From positions 1 through 45,857 of IMG/VR virus record IMGVR_UViG_3300028048_001412: a stretch of DNA of 45,857 bases, one strand, 5' to 3'. Under the pieces are notes generated by a model, which saw nothing but the letters and a program-made list of their open reading frames with translations, did no database searches and was not told the DNA's origin. A program made the translations under genes and the position numbers. Numbering within the stretch: position 1 is the first letter of the stretch; every line of letters starts with the position of its first letter. Below are positions 1 to 9,389 of this stretch, in pieces. This stretch comes from a virus (lineage: Duplodnaviria; Heunggongvirae; Uroviricota; Caudoviricetes).

Positions 1-892
1 TATGTCCAATTACTTCTTCTATAATTATCTTATTTGATACAAAATTATAAGATGCACCATTTAAAAGTCCAATATATACATCTTTAGTCGCTTTAGATAT
101 ATCAAGCCTTTTAATATATAAAGTATTTACACTGCTAATTGCTATTCCTTCAGTTAATTCTAAATATCCTATATTTATAGTATTTCCTACATTACTATCA
201 AATATTAATGATTTACAAGATATAGTATCTATTATACAATCTCCATTATTTCCTTTTGGAGGTTGTTTTCCACATCTCATTAAATTTACTTCACATAAAG
301 GAGCATCTATAGAACTTGCTTTTACTGTATTTGTTCCTTGGAATAATATTGTAAGATTTTTATCAAAATTTAATAATTTAACATTTTTAGGAGATATTAC
401 AAATATGTTTTTATCAATAGGAGTATTTATATTAAAATCACAATTAGGTTTAACTAATATATTCTTTTTATCCCAATCTGCATTTATATTATACTCTGCT
501 TCGTTTTCTTCTCCTATTTTATAAATCATTGCATTCATATCTACTTCAGCAATTGTTTTAGAAGATTTAACAAAATTAGGAAGATAATAATTCTTTATAA
601 ACTCTTTACCTTCTAAATCCAATAGGCTTTTTATATATTTTTCAGAAACAGGAGAAGTTTCAAAATAAAAAGGAAATATAAAGTTTTTATTTTTAGAAGA
701 AAAAGTAATTATATTATCAAAATCTTTTTTAGAAGGATTATATATTTTAATTCTTTCATAAGAATCATAAATTCCAAATACTTTAGTAATGTTTTTTACT
801 TTCTTATCTTTCTCTTCAAAAACACCTCTTCCTCTTTTAACAGTTTTCGTTGCAACTGATTCAAGTCCATAATATATTAAATTACGTTTCAT
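1..892 (-). CDS. Hypothetical protein, truncated by the window edge (MKRNLIYYGLESVATKTVKRGRG...)
   Basis: Not in the ORF track. ATG at 892 overlaps the TAA of the upstream gene (TAATG coupling). Manual translation appears open toward position 1. The C-terminal part has short Ile/Leu-rich beta-type periodicity. Confidence 0.7.
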   Translation of the reverse strand, partial: MKRNLIYYGLESVATKTVKRGRGVFEEKDKKVKNITKVFGIYDSYERIKIYNPSKKDFDNIITFSSKNKNFIFPFYFETSPVSEKYIKSLLDLEGKEFIKNYYLPNFVKSSKTIAEVDMNAMIYKIGEENEAEYNINADWDKKNILVKPNCDFNINTPIDKNIFVISPKNVKLLNFDKNLTILFQGTNTVKASSIDAPLCEVNLMRCGKQPPKGNNGDCIIDTISCKSLIFDSNVGNTINIGYLELTEGIAISSVNTLYIKRLDISKATKDVYIGLLNGASYNFVSNKIIIEEVIGH

Positions 893-2205
893 TAATAATC
901 TTCCTCTTCTATTTCATCAAAATCGCCCATATCAAATATAATTTTACCTTGAGGATTTTTAACTTTTTCTATAAAAGGATCTCCGCCACCTATATCTATT
1001 CCATATAATTCATCTTCTAACCATTTTTTACTAGTTAAGTTTTTAATAGTAGATTTTAAATCATTGTTATTATTTTCTAATACTTCTCTTGCTATATCTT
1101 CTAGTCCTTCACTTTCATCAAATAAATTTTGTTCATATTTATATAACCAGGCTTTTAATAATGCTTGAGAGTCTAAATTCATAGTTTTAATAGCAGGAGA
1201 TACAGTTAATGTCAATTTAGTTTTAGTATCATTACCCATTCCTCTATTTGCACAACAGCTATTATCATTATATATTGCAGTATAAGTCATTCCTGGTTTC
1301 TTTGGAATATTTTTTAAAGTTTCAAATAATTTAGTTAAAGTTTTTACATCTTTATCAATATCTTTAAATTCAATCATTTCTACGGAACCTAATACTGGTT
1401 TGAATGTTTTAGTATCAATTAAACTTGCAATATAATTTGAATCACAATCTACATAAGAATTTTTCATCCCATCAAATGCTTGTTTAATAAATTCATCTGC
1501 TGAAATAGGTTCTCCAGTATATTCAGGAATATAATCATCTTGGGGATCTACCCAATTAGATTTTTTAGTTTTAGAATCATATCCCGTGGATTTTTCAAAT
1601 GCTCTTCTTAAATGAATTTTAAAATCATTTAATGTTTTACAACCTGTATTTTGAACTACTACATCTTCATCACAAAAAGCAACATATAATAAATTATCAT
1701 CTATATTACAAGAAGTTATATATTCTATTCCTTGATTACTCATTGATTTTTCTATATTTGGTTCTAAAGAATAATAACATTCACCTTCAGTTTCATGATA
1801 AATACCAACAGTTATCTTTTTAATAGATTTAGTTTTATTTTCCATGGATTTAAGAGATTCTTTTTTAACAGTAGAAGATTTAGAATTTGCTTTTTTAACA
1901 GAAGTTTCTTTTATTTCTGGTTCTCTAAATGGCCAATTATTCTTTTTACATAATTTTTCAAAATCTTTTAATGTTTTATTAACAAATATAATAATGGATT
2001 TATTATTAGGATCTATCTTTCTATAAAATATACCTTTTGATAATTCTTTGAATTTAAATTCTTGTTTCTTTACTAATTGAGAATAAGACATTTTAAATAT
2101 TCTATCATCTTTTAAGAAAGAATATTTATATAAGTTTTCTTTACTTATTTCTTGTATTTGACCCTTCTTTTTTGGTTCATATATAAAACAAGCTGTATTT
2201 ATCAT
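892..2205 (-). CDS. Hypothetical protein: shared N-terminal 'tag' domain + Lys/Ser linker + acidic unknown domains
   Basis: 437-aa ORF with AAGGAG RBS. Residues 1-93 align by eye with the N-termini of 25367..27181 and 29510..30439. Confidence 0.8.
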   Translation of the reverse strand: MINTACFIYEPKKKGQIQEISKENLYKYSFLKDDRIFKMSYSQLVKKQEFKFKELSKGIFYRKIDPNNKSIIIFVNKTLKDFEKLCKKNNWPFREPEIKETSVKKANSKSSTVKKESLKSMENKTKSIKKITVGIYHETEGECYYSLEPNIEKSMSNQGIEYITSCNIDDNLLYVAFCDEDVVVQNTGCKTLNDFKIHLRRAFEKSTGYDSKTKKSNWVDPQDDYIPEYTGEPISADEFIKQAFDGMKNSYVDCDSNYIASLIDTKTFKPVLGSVEMIEFKDIDKDVKTLTKLFETLKNIPKKPGMTYTAIYNDNSCCANRGMGNDTKTKLTLTVSPAIKTMNLDSQALLKAWLYKYEQNLFDESEGLEDIAREVLENNNNDLKSTIKNLTSKKWLEDELYGIDIGGGDPFIEKVKNPQGKIIFDMGDFDEIEEEDY

Positions 2206-2219
2206 TTACTATTTCTCCT

Positions 2220-3629
2220 TTAATAAAATTCTTCCCATAATACTTCTTGATATTCCTGATCTTTTTTAGTAGAAAAATCAAATTTATTATAAATTTGATT
2301 ATTTTCATTACTAAATTCATTTTCTTTATATTTATCCTCTATGAAATTTAAAAATTCAGGGTGTTCTTTTATAAAGTCCATTGCTTTAATATAAAGTTCT
2401 GATATTGAAATATCACATCTTTTTGATTTTTTTATATTTTCTCTTGAATTTATCATTCTTAAATTAACAGGACATGTTATTATAAAAATAGGAATTTTAT
2501 TTTCCCACCCTTTAGATATTGAATAAATATGATCTAAATGAAATTCATCTTCTCCAGATCCTCTTTTAATATTTTCAGGATTTATATAATATATAAATTC
2601 ATTGTAAATTTTATTAGATAAATTTCTAGCCAAAATACAGTAATTTTTATAATCATCTATATCTATTTTAGTATAATCAAGTATTATGCCTCTTTCAACT
2701 TTAGTAATTCTTGAGTGTTCTCCTCTTATCATAGCTATTGGTTTAAATTTTGCAATATTATCTACTTTATATTTTTCTAAAAGTTTAGTGCGAGTTTTTA
2801 TTTTGAATTCGGGAGTTTTAATAAAAAATTCTTCCCCATATAAATTAAGCATTACTTTTTTATTAGTAAAAGATCCAAATTCTCCTCTATTAGGCTCTTC
2901 TGGATGATTTATTAATTTTGAATTTTTTATTTTAATCCATCTTTCTTCCCAATAATTCGGATTTTCTATCAATTTGTTATTTAAAGTATTTTTGCGATTA
3001 TCATTAGATTCATCATAATAATGAGGATCTTTTTTTAATTTTTCTTCTCTGGTTTGTTTTGCCTTTTCTCTATTGCTATAATTTTTATCACCATATTTTT
3101 CAATCATCGCTTCTTCATGGCGTTTTGAACCAAATTGTCCACATGTAGGATCATCTGGGTGATTTTTTGCACAAGTCTCTTTTTTCTTATCGCGATTATA
3201 AGGATCTTGAGGATTATTTTTATGGGCTGTAATATATGCTTGTTTTGAATTATAAGGGTCTTCAGGATTATTTTTATGAGAAGATATATATTTAGAATTT
3301 ATAACTTTTTCATCTGATGCTGCACAAGAATCGCAACAATAATCATGAATCAAATCTTTTATTTTATTATTACAATTGGGGTTTTTGCATTTTTTAAGAT
3401 GTTCTATATTATAGCAAATTCTTTTTATATTTGTCCCTATATTATAAAATTCATCTTTAGGATATCTGTTTATAATGTATTTTTTTAAATTAGGTCTATT
3501 TTTAAGAAATGGTTCGGCGCATCTGGCAAAACTTAAATGCCCATCTTTTTTTATAAAAATATTTTTTAATAATTCATCAGAATATATTACTTTTTTATCT
3601 AAATTTTTATCAAAATATTTAATATACAA
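2220..3629 (-). CDS. HNH endonuclease, homing-endonuclease-like, with Cys motif and repeats
   Basis: C-terminal HLDHIYS...NLRMINSRENIKKS (HNH/ββα motif). CKNPNC...YCCDSC Zn motif. EKYGDKN/EKYKVDN and HKNNPxDPYN repeats. TTG start directly after ligA. Confidence 0.7.
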   Translation of the reverse strand: MYIKYFDKNLDKKVIYSDELLKNIFIKKDGHLSFARCAEPFLKNRPNLKKYIINRYPKDEFYNIGTNIKRICYNIEHLKKCKNPNCNNKIKDLIHDYCCDSCAASDEKVINSKYISSHKNNPEDPYNSKQAYITAHKNNPQDPYNRDKKKETCAKNHPDDPTCGQFGSKRHEEAMIEKYGDKNYSNREKAKQTREEKLKKDPHYYDESNDNRKNTLNNKLIENPNYWEERWIKIKNSKLINHPEEPNRGEFGSFTNKKVMLNLYGEEFFIKTPEFKIKTRTKLLEKYKVDNIAKFKPIAMIRGEHSRITKVERGIILDYTKIDIDDYKNYCILARNLSNKIYNEFIYYINPENIKRGSGEDEFHLDHIYSISKGWENKIPIFIITCPVNLRMINSRENIKKSKRCDISISELYIKAMDFIKEHPEFLNFIEDKYKENEFSNENNQIYNKFDFSTKKDQEYQEVLWEEFY

Positions 3630-3630
3630 T

Positions 3631-5634
3631 TTAATTATCCTTCATCATTTCTATAATTTTTTTTTCATTAATAATAGGTATTCCTAGTAATTTGGCTTTT
3701 TTATTTTTAGAACTAGAACTATCAATATCATTATTAATAAGAAAATTTGTCTCTTTACTTACACTACTTCCAACTTTGCCACCATTTAATTCAATATCTT
3801 TTACTAATTCATTTCTATTATTATAATGTTCTAATGAACCTGTAATTACAAATACTTTTCCTTGTAATGAAGAAGAATTTGCTTTTACTGGTTTTTTAAC
3901 TCTTAATATATTTAATAGTTTTCTGAAATTATCATTGTTTACTTTATTATTAAAATAATCTTGTAATGAATTTGAAGCTACATTTCCAATACTTCTTAAT
4001 TTATTAATATTATTATCAATATCTAATAATTTAGTTAAATCTCCATCTAATAATTTGACAATATCTTTAGAAGAACCTACTCCTATATTTTTGATTCCTA
4101 ATGCTGTAATAACTTTATGAGGTTCGCAATCTTTACATTTATCTAAAGCCTCACATAAATTATTATATGTCTTTTCTCCAAAGTTAGTTAATTTATTTAA
4201 TTCTTCTCTATGATTTGGAAGATCAAATATATCAAGATAATTATGTAATAAATCTAAATCTACTAATGCTTCTACTGTTTTAATGCTAAATCCTCTTATA
4301 TCTAATCCTTCTTTACTAACGAATAATTCTAGAGATCTTATATTTTTAGCAGGACAATCAGGATTTTCACATATTAAAAATTCAGCAATACCATCATTCC
4401 TAGTAGTTAATTTTTCACCACATGAAGGACAAACAGTTGGAAATTTAATATTATTTGATTTATCTAAATCTTCATGTAAAGTAGGAATAACCATATTGGC
4501 TCTATATACTGTAATTCTATCTCCTATTCCTAATTTCTTATCTTTTATAAATGATACATTATTTAAAGTACATCTTGAAGTTATTGCTCCATCTAAATCT
4601 ACTGGATCAAATATCGCAGTTGGATTTATTCTTCCTGTTCTTGATGCTATCCATTCAATATCTCTTAAAATAGTTTCATATACATCATCAGCCCATTTAA
4701 ATGCGATCATATTATTTGTATGATGACCAGTAGCTCCTAAACTATCACCATAAGCAATATCATTAAATCTTAATACTAATCCATCAGTCGGATAATCTAA
4801 TTTTTTAATTTCATTTTCAAACCAAGAAACTGTTTGAACTACATTATCTTTATTTACTTTTTTATAATCTACTATATTAAATCCTAATTTTTTACAATAT
4901 TGTAATTGTTTTTCATATGTATCTAATTTATCTATATTAGAACATTTTATTAAATCAAATATATAAAGTTCACCTTGTCTTTGTTTAACTATGTTTAAAT
5001 CTTTTTGATTTAAAGTTCCAGTCGCAAAATTTCTTGGATGTTTATATTCTCCATTTACATTAAATTTATTAAATGAAGTATAAGTAGATAAAAATTCTCC
5101 TCTTAATATTACATGCCCTTTATCTGGGATAGTTTTTGGAATACAATTTAATATCATTCCTTTATCTGTGATATTTTCTCCTACTTCACCATTACCTCTA
5201 GTTGCTACTAAAGATAATTTCCCGTCATCAAAAGTAATGCATATGGTGCTTCCATCACACTTCCAAGAAAGCAGAGCTTCTTTATCTTTAATGAATTTAA
5301 CAAGTTCATTTCTATCTTTAGTTTTTGCACAAGATAAAGCAGGTTCCTCATGAATTACTTTATCAGAACCTGCTGCATTTATTCCCGTAGTTTGAGTAAC
5401 ACTATCTGAAGAAATAATATCAGGATATTGTTCTTCTATCTCAACTATTCTATCATAAATTTCGTCGTATTCCTTATCGCTGATGATACTTTCTTGTTTA
5501 TTATAGTACGCATCTTGAGCTTCTCTAGCTTTTTTATTTAATTTATTATATTCTTCTATTATTTCTTTTGGAATATTACTTAATGTTTTTAAGTAATCAT
5601 CTTGTTTCATTACTTTCATTTTATTTTTATCCAA
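3631..5634 (-). CDS. ligA: NAD-dependent DNA ligase
   Basis: AYY...ISDKEYD domain Ia, KCDG adenylation motif, TRGNGEVGE, PRNFATG, IAFKW, OB-fold RTG, CPSC...CENPDC Zn finger, HhH motifs and C-terminal BRCT (GKVFVITG...GGKVGSSVSKET). Confidence 0.97.
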   Translation of the reverse strand: MDKNKMKVMKQDDYLKTLSNIPKEIIEEYNKLNKKAREAQDAYYNKQESIISDKEYDEIYDRIVEIEEQYPDIISSDSVTQTTGINAAGSDKVIHEEPALSCAKTKDRNELVKFIKDKEALLSWKCDGSTICITFDDGKLSLVATRGNGEVGENITDKGMILNCIPKTIPDKGHVILRGEFLSTYTSFNKFNVNGEYKHPRNFATGTLNQKDLNIVKQRQGELYIFDLIKCSNIDKLDTYEKQLQYCKKLGFNIVDYKKVNKDNVVQTVSWFENEIKKLDYPTDGLVLRFNDIAYGDSLGATGHHTNNMIAFKWADDVYETILRDIEWIASRTGRINPTAIFDPVDLDGAITSRCTLNNVSFIKDKKLGIGDRITVYRANMVIPTLHEDLDKSNNIKFPTVCPSCGEKLTTRNDGIAEFLICENPDCPAKNIRSLELFVSKEGLDIRGFSIKTVEALVDLDLLHNYLDIFDLPNHREELNKLTNFGEKTYNNLCEALDKCKDCEPHKVITALGIKNIGVGSSKDIVKLLDGDLTKLLDIDNNINKLRSIGNVASNSLQDYFNNKVNNDNFRKLLNILRVKKPVKANSSSLQGKVFVITGSLEHYNNRNELVKDIELNGGKVGSSVSKETNFLINNDIDSSSSKNKKAKLLGIPIINEKKIIEMMKDN

Positions 5635-5636
5635 TC

Positions 5637-7973
5637 TTAATTATTAACTATTTGAGCTTCACCAAATTTATTATCATAATCTTCTTGTAATGTTTCATGT
5701 TCTGAAATCCAATCTAATACGTCTTCCACATCTACAAATTTACTAGCTTCTGATACATCTTCTTTTTCTTGTTCATCTAATTCAAATGCATTACAGAAAT
5801 CTTCCCAAGCTTGATTATGTTCTGAAATCCAACTTAATACTTCAGTTAATTTAATTTGTTTTTCTGGTGAAGGAGTTCCTATAAAATCATGTGCTTGATT
5901 TTTAGTAAAACCAATATTCATTAATTTTTTAATTGCTGAATTTTCACTAATGTCTCCTCTAATATATTGGTTTCTTATATCATCTTCATCTTCTTCCTTG
6001 TCGAAATCATCTTCATAATCCCAGAATAATTGAAAATTATTCTCATTTGTCTTATATTGTTCTATTCCATCAGCAATATAATCATGGAATTCATCTTTAT
6101 CCACACCTGAAATATATCCTGTAATTTCCACATATGAATCTTCGGAATCATTTAAATGAGATTTATCTACTTCTATACCCAAATATTCTCCAGGATTAGT
6201 ATCTCCATATAAGTAATCAAAATGATGAGTTAATTTATCCCAATCGTCATCTTCATTTGTAAAAATTTGAAGTTTAAATTTATGTTCATCTTCATCATTT
6301 AATCCCATTTTATCCATATCTTCGTTAGATAAATTTTTTATGTCTTTTTCTGACATTCCTGTTCCTTCAAAATTATTATTTTCATAACGAACAATATCTT
6401 CTATATCATCGTGATCATCATCTGTTTGAATCTTTAAATCTTTATGTTTCATTGAATTTACACAATAATCAAAATTATCAGATAATATATCAGCAATTCT
6501 TTCTTGTAAAACTTCTTCTTCACTATTTGCTTCAATATTATATAAAGATACTGATTTAGGCAATTCTAATTCTTCTTGACTATATTCTTTATCAGAATCT
6601 TCATCATAAGTATCCCAATCAATATCATATACTTTTACTTGATATATTTTATCTTTTAATGGGTTGTCTTCTTCTATTCCTAATACTTCTAAAACTTCTG
6701 CAATAGTATCATAATAACCATGTTCTTTAGTAACATTATCTACTGTTTTATATTCTTGATTTTTACAAGTAATAGTATAACTAGCATTTCCATAATCAAT
6801 AGTTAACTTATCATTTTTTAATTTAACATCTGCAGAATCTTCTTCCCATTCAAAATCATCTTGACAATGTTCTTTTAAATAATCATATAACATTTTTAAT
6901 TTATCAGAATCTTTTTTATCTACTTTATTTACTTTTTTATTAGTAACATTAGAATTAGGATTCCAAGGTTCAACAGGATCACCGGTTTTTGGTTTAATAA
7001 ATCCACTTGCTCTATATTTAGATTTATCTATTTTACTTAAATCTAATATTTTACCATTAGATAATCCATATGCTTTTACTATTTTAGCACCTGATTTATT
7101 AGCATAATCTTGAGCTAATTTGTTATTATATATTTTTTTACCATCATCAAATTCAAATATTTCAGCCAATGGATCTTTTTTAGCTTCTTCAGTCATTCTT
7201 AAAAATAATTTCATAGTTCCAATAGTATCAGCTAAAGCATCATGAGCATTTTCAATATCAATTCCAAAGAAAGCACAAGCAACTACTAATTTCATAGGTA
7301 TTTTAGAATATAAAGCAAATTCTTTTTGGAATAATTTCATAACATCTACTTTTTGAGCTTTAATTTTATATCCTAATTCTTTTTCAAGCATAGGAAAATC
7401 AAATCTATCAGAATTATAACCAATAACAATATCTGCACTATCTAAAATATTTATAAGTTCTTGTCTTCTTTCTAATAAAGTAGGTTTATTATTTACCATT
7501 TGAGGAGTTATTCCATTAACTCTCATGGCTCCTTCCCAAGAAGTATGTCTAACAGGTTTAATATAATCACTAAATAAAGTATTTAATTTATCATCAATTA
7601 TACTAAATTGTAATATTTCATCTTCATAAGGATTTATTCCTGTTGTTTCTAAATCTAATGCTATAATCTTTTTATTTATTACTTTTACTTCTTGTTTCTT
7701 TCCTGTAGATTTTCCTGCTTGTAATTTTTTAACAAATGCCAATGGATCAACAGAATTTTCATTTGGATCATCTTCATTTATATTATTTACAAGTTCAATT
7801 AAATATTCGCTTGCATCTTCAGGAGCATCTGTAAGTAAATTTATCCAAAAGTTTTTATCTTTACTATTGAATTTTTTTAATACTTCTTGAAATTTATTTG
7901 CTTTATTATATTCTTCAAAACAAGAAGAATTATATTTATCAGAAGTAATATTTCCCCATTCTACTTTAAACAT
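5637..7973 (-). CDS. DEDDh (DnaQ-like) 3'-5' exonuclease fused to a long acidic multi-module C-terminus
   Basis: ExoI IALDLETTG, ExoII IGYNSDRFD, ExoIII AHDALAD. Followed by ~500 aa of acidic modules including a duplicated VLxWISEH motif. Confidence 0.85.
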   Translation of the reverse strand: MFKVEWGNITSDKYNSSCFEEYNKANKFQEVLKKFNSKDKNFWINLLTDAPEDASEYLIELVNNINEDDPNENSVDPLAFVKKLQAGKSTGKKQEVKVINKKIIALDLETTGINPYEDEILQFSIIDDKLNTLFSDYIKPVRHTSWEGAMRVNGITPQMVNNKPTLLERRQELINILDSADIVIGYNSDRFDFPMLEKELGYKIKAQKVDVMKLFQKEFALYSKIPMKLVVACAFFGIDIENAHDALADTIGTMKLFLRMTEEAKKDPLAEIFEFDDGKKIYNNKLAQDYANKSGAKIVKAYGLSNGKILDLSKIDKSKYRASGFIKPKTGDPVEPWNPNSNVTNKKVNKVDKKDSDKLKMLYDYLKEHCQDDFEWEEDSADVKLKNDKLTIDYGNASYTITCKNQEYKTVDNVTKEHGYYDTIAEVLEVLGIEEDNPLKDKIYQVKVYDIDWDTYDEDSDKEYSQEELELPKSVSLYNIEANSEEEVLQERIADILSDNFDYCVNSMKHKDLKIQTDDDHDDIEDIVRYENNNFEGTGMSEKDIKNLSNEDMDKMGLNDEDEHKFKLQIFTNEDDDWDKLTHHFDYLYGDTNPGEYLGIEVDKSHLNDSEDSYVEITGYISGVDKDEFHDYIADGIEQYKTNENNFQLFWDYEDDFDKEEDEDDIRNQYIRGDISENSAIKKLMNIGFTKNQAHDFIGTPSPEKQIKLTEVLSWISEHNQAWEDFCNAFELDEQEKEDVSEASKFVDVEDVLDWISEHETLQEDYDNKFGEAQIVNN

Positions 7974-7993
7974 TATATATTCTCTCCTTCAGA

Positions 7994-9100
7994 TTAAACT
8001 AATTTCTTTACATGTAAAAACTTAATATCAGCAGTTACTTTCTTATATTTTTCCCAAAGAGCAGGAACATTTTTTAAAGCATCTACATCTACTATTTTAG
8101 AACCAGATTCAGCAGTTTTAATATTAACTACTAATTCTTTATCCCCCATTTTAACTCTAGTAGAACCTTCTCCACAATCTCTTAATAATACACTTCTATA
8201 TTGTTCTAATTCTTTTTGTTTTTGTTCTAAATAAGGTTGAGATGCAAAATATTCATCCGCCATATCATATAATTGATTTTCATTAAATTGATCAGCAGTA
8301 GCAGTAATTTTCTTTTCTCTTTCTAAAGCAATACCATCATCTACGCTTAATGTTACTTTAGGTTTAGTTTCTTTACTAAATTGTTCAAATAAACCATCTT
8401 TCTTTAATTTTTCTACATCTGCTGTATCCCATCCATGATTTACACCAATAAGAACAGAATAAAAAGTTTTTCCATTAGAAAGAACTCTTCCATTATCTAC
8501 TGTTAATAATACATTCTTTATAAATTCCATTCTTTTTCCTAAAGTATCAGTTTCTCTTTTAGTCATTAACCATTTATTTGCTAATGTAAATAATGCACTA
8601 TCTTTAGTTGGTATATTTACTTGTTTCTTTTCTCCTGCTGTACTTGGATTCTTTTTAGTTGAAGTTGCTGATTTAGATTTTTGAATTGCTTCTTCTTTAG
8701 GCATAGATTCAAATAATTGTCTTGCTTTTTCTATGTCCATATCATATCCAAATACGAAGTTCTTCATATCTTTAAGTTTAGCATTAGCAACTTTAACTTC
8801 TTTCTTTAATGAACAATATCCATATTTTTTAGCTTTATATTCTTGTTTTTCAAAGTAAATATTTTGTTTATGAGTAGTTAATAATTCTTTTGCTTCCTTA
8901 ATAAGATTAATTCTTTCTTGTTGTTTATTAGAAGTTTGATAAATAGCATTACATTGTTCAGTAGTTAATCTTTCTATCTTTTTAGTTTTTTCATTGAAAC
9001 CATAAAAAGTAAAATAATTTATAGTTTTTGTTTCTTTTACATTATTTACTTTTTTTACTGGCTTCGAAACTGCTTTTTTAGTAACTGCCTTTTTCACCAT
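7994..9100 (-). CDS. Hypothetical phage/plasmid-type protein with a tandemly duplicated C-terminal domain
   Basis: AAGGAG RBS, basic N-terminus, two internal repeats (LFTLANKW...DVEKLKKDGLFEQFSKET and LYDMADEY...DVDALKNVPALWEKYKKVT). Confidence 0.75.
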   Translation of the reverse strand: MVKKAVTKKAVSKPVKKVNNVKETKTINYFTFYGFNEKTKKIERLTTEQCNAIYQTSNKQQERINLIKEAKELLTTHKQNIYFEKQEYKAKKYGYCSLKKEVKVANAKLKDMKNFVFGYDMDIEKARQLFESMPKEEAIQKSKSATSTKKNPSTAGEKKQVNIPTKDSALFTLANKWLMTKRETDTLGKRMEFIKNVLLTVDNGRVLSNGKTFYSVLIGVNHGWDTADVEKLKKDGLFEQFSKETKPKVTLSVDDGIALEREKKITATADQFNENQLYDMADEYFASQPYLEQKQKELEQYRSVLLRDCGEGSTRVKMGDKELVVNIKTAESGSKIVDVDALKNVPALWEKYKKVTADIKFLHVKKLV

Positions 9101-9271
9101 TATAAAGAACTCCTTTAATTTTCAATAAAAATGAAGAAGAAATAAATATATAAAACAATTTAATAAAAATATTTATTGTCATTTTTAAAAGAGATTAAAT
9201 ATAATTAATTCTTCTTCCTTTTCAATTATTTCAACTATTTATTTTATAAATCAATTTTATTATCTTTAAAT

Positions 9272-9300
9272 ATTATACTATATTTTCCGAACTTTTACTA
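9272..9300 (-). promoter_or_regulatory. Possible sigma70-type promoter for the 9100->1 operon
   Basis: TATAAT at 9277-9272, just downstream of a terminator. The -35 is poor and the AT-rich background makes this weak. Confidence 0.3.
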
Positions 9301-9321
9301 TAAATTATATTATAAAACTTG

Positions 9322-9354
9322 AAAAAAGAGAAGTATTTTTCAACTTCTCTTTTT
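9322..9354 (-). terminator. Intrinsic (bidirectional-type) terminator
   Basis: AAAAAGAGAAGT-atttttca-ACTTCTCTTTTT perfect hairpin with A/T tracts, ~35 nt after the adhesin stop. Confidence 0.85.
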
Positions 9355-9389
9355 AATCTATCTAATTTCTTAACAATCTTATTTTAATA

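Noticed and set aside
9278-9295. Shared AAGTT(T)CG motif upstream of TATAAT here and at ~30865
   Set aside because: Short, differently spaced and seen only twice; not distinguishable from chance.
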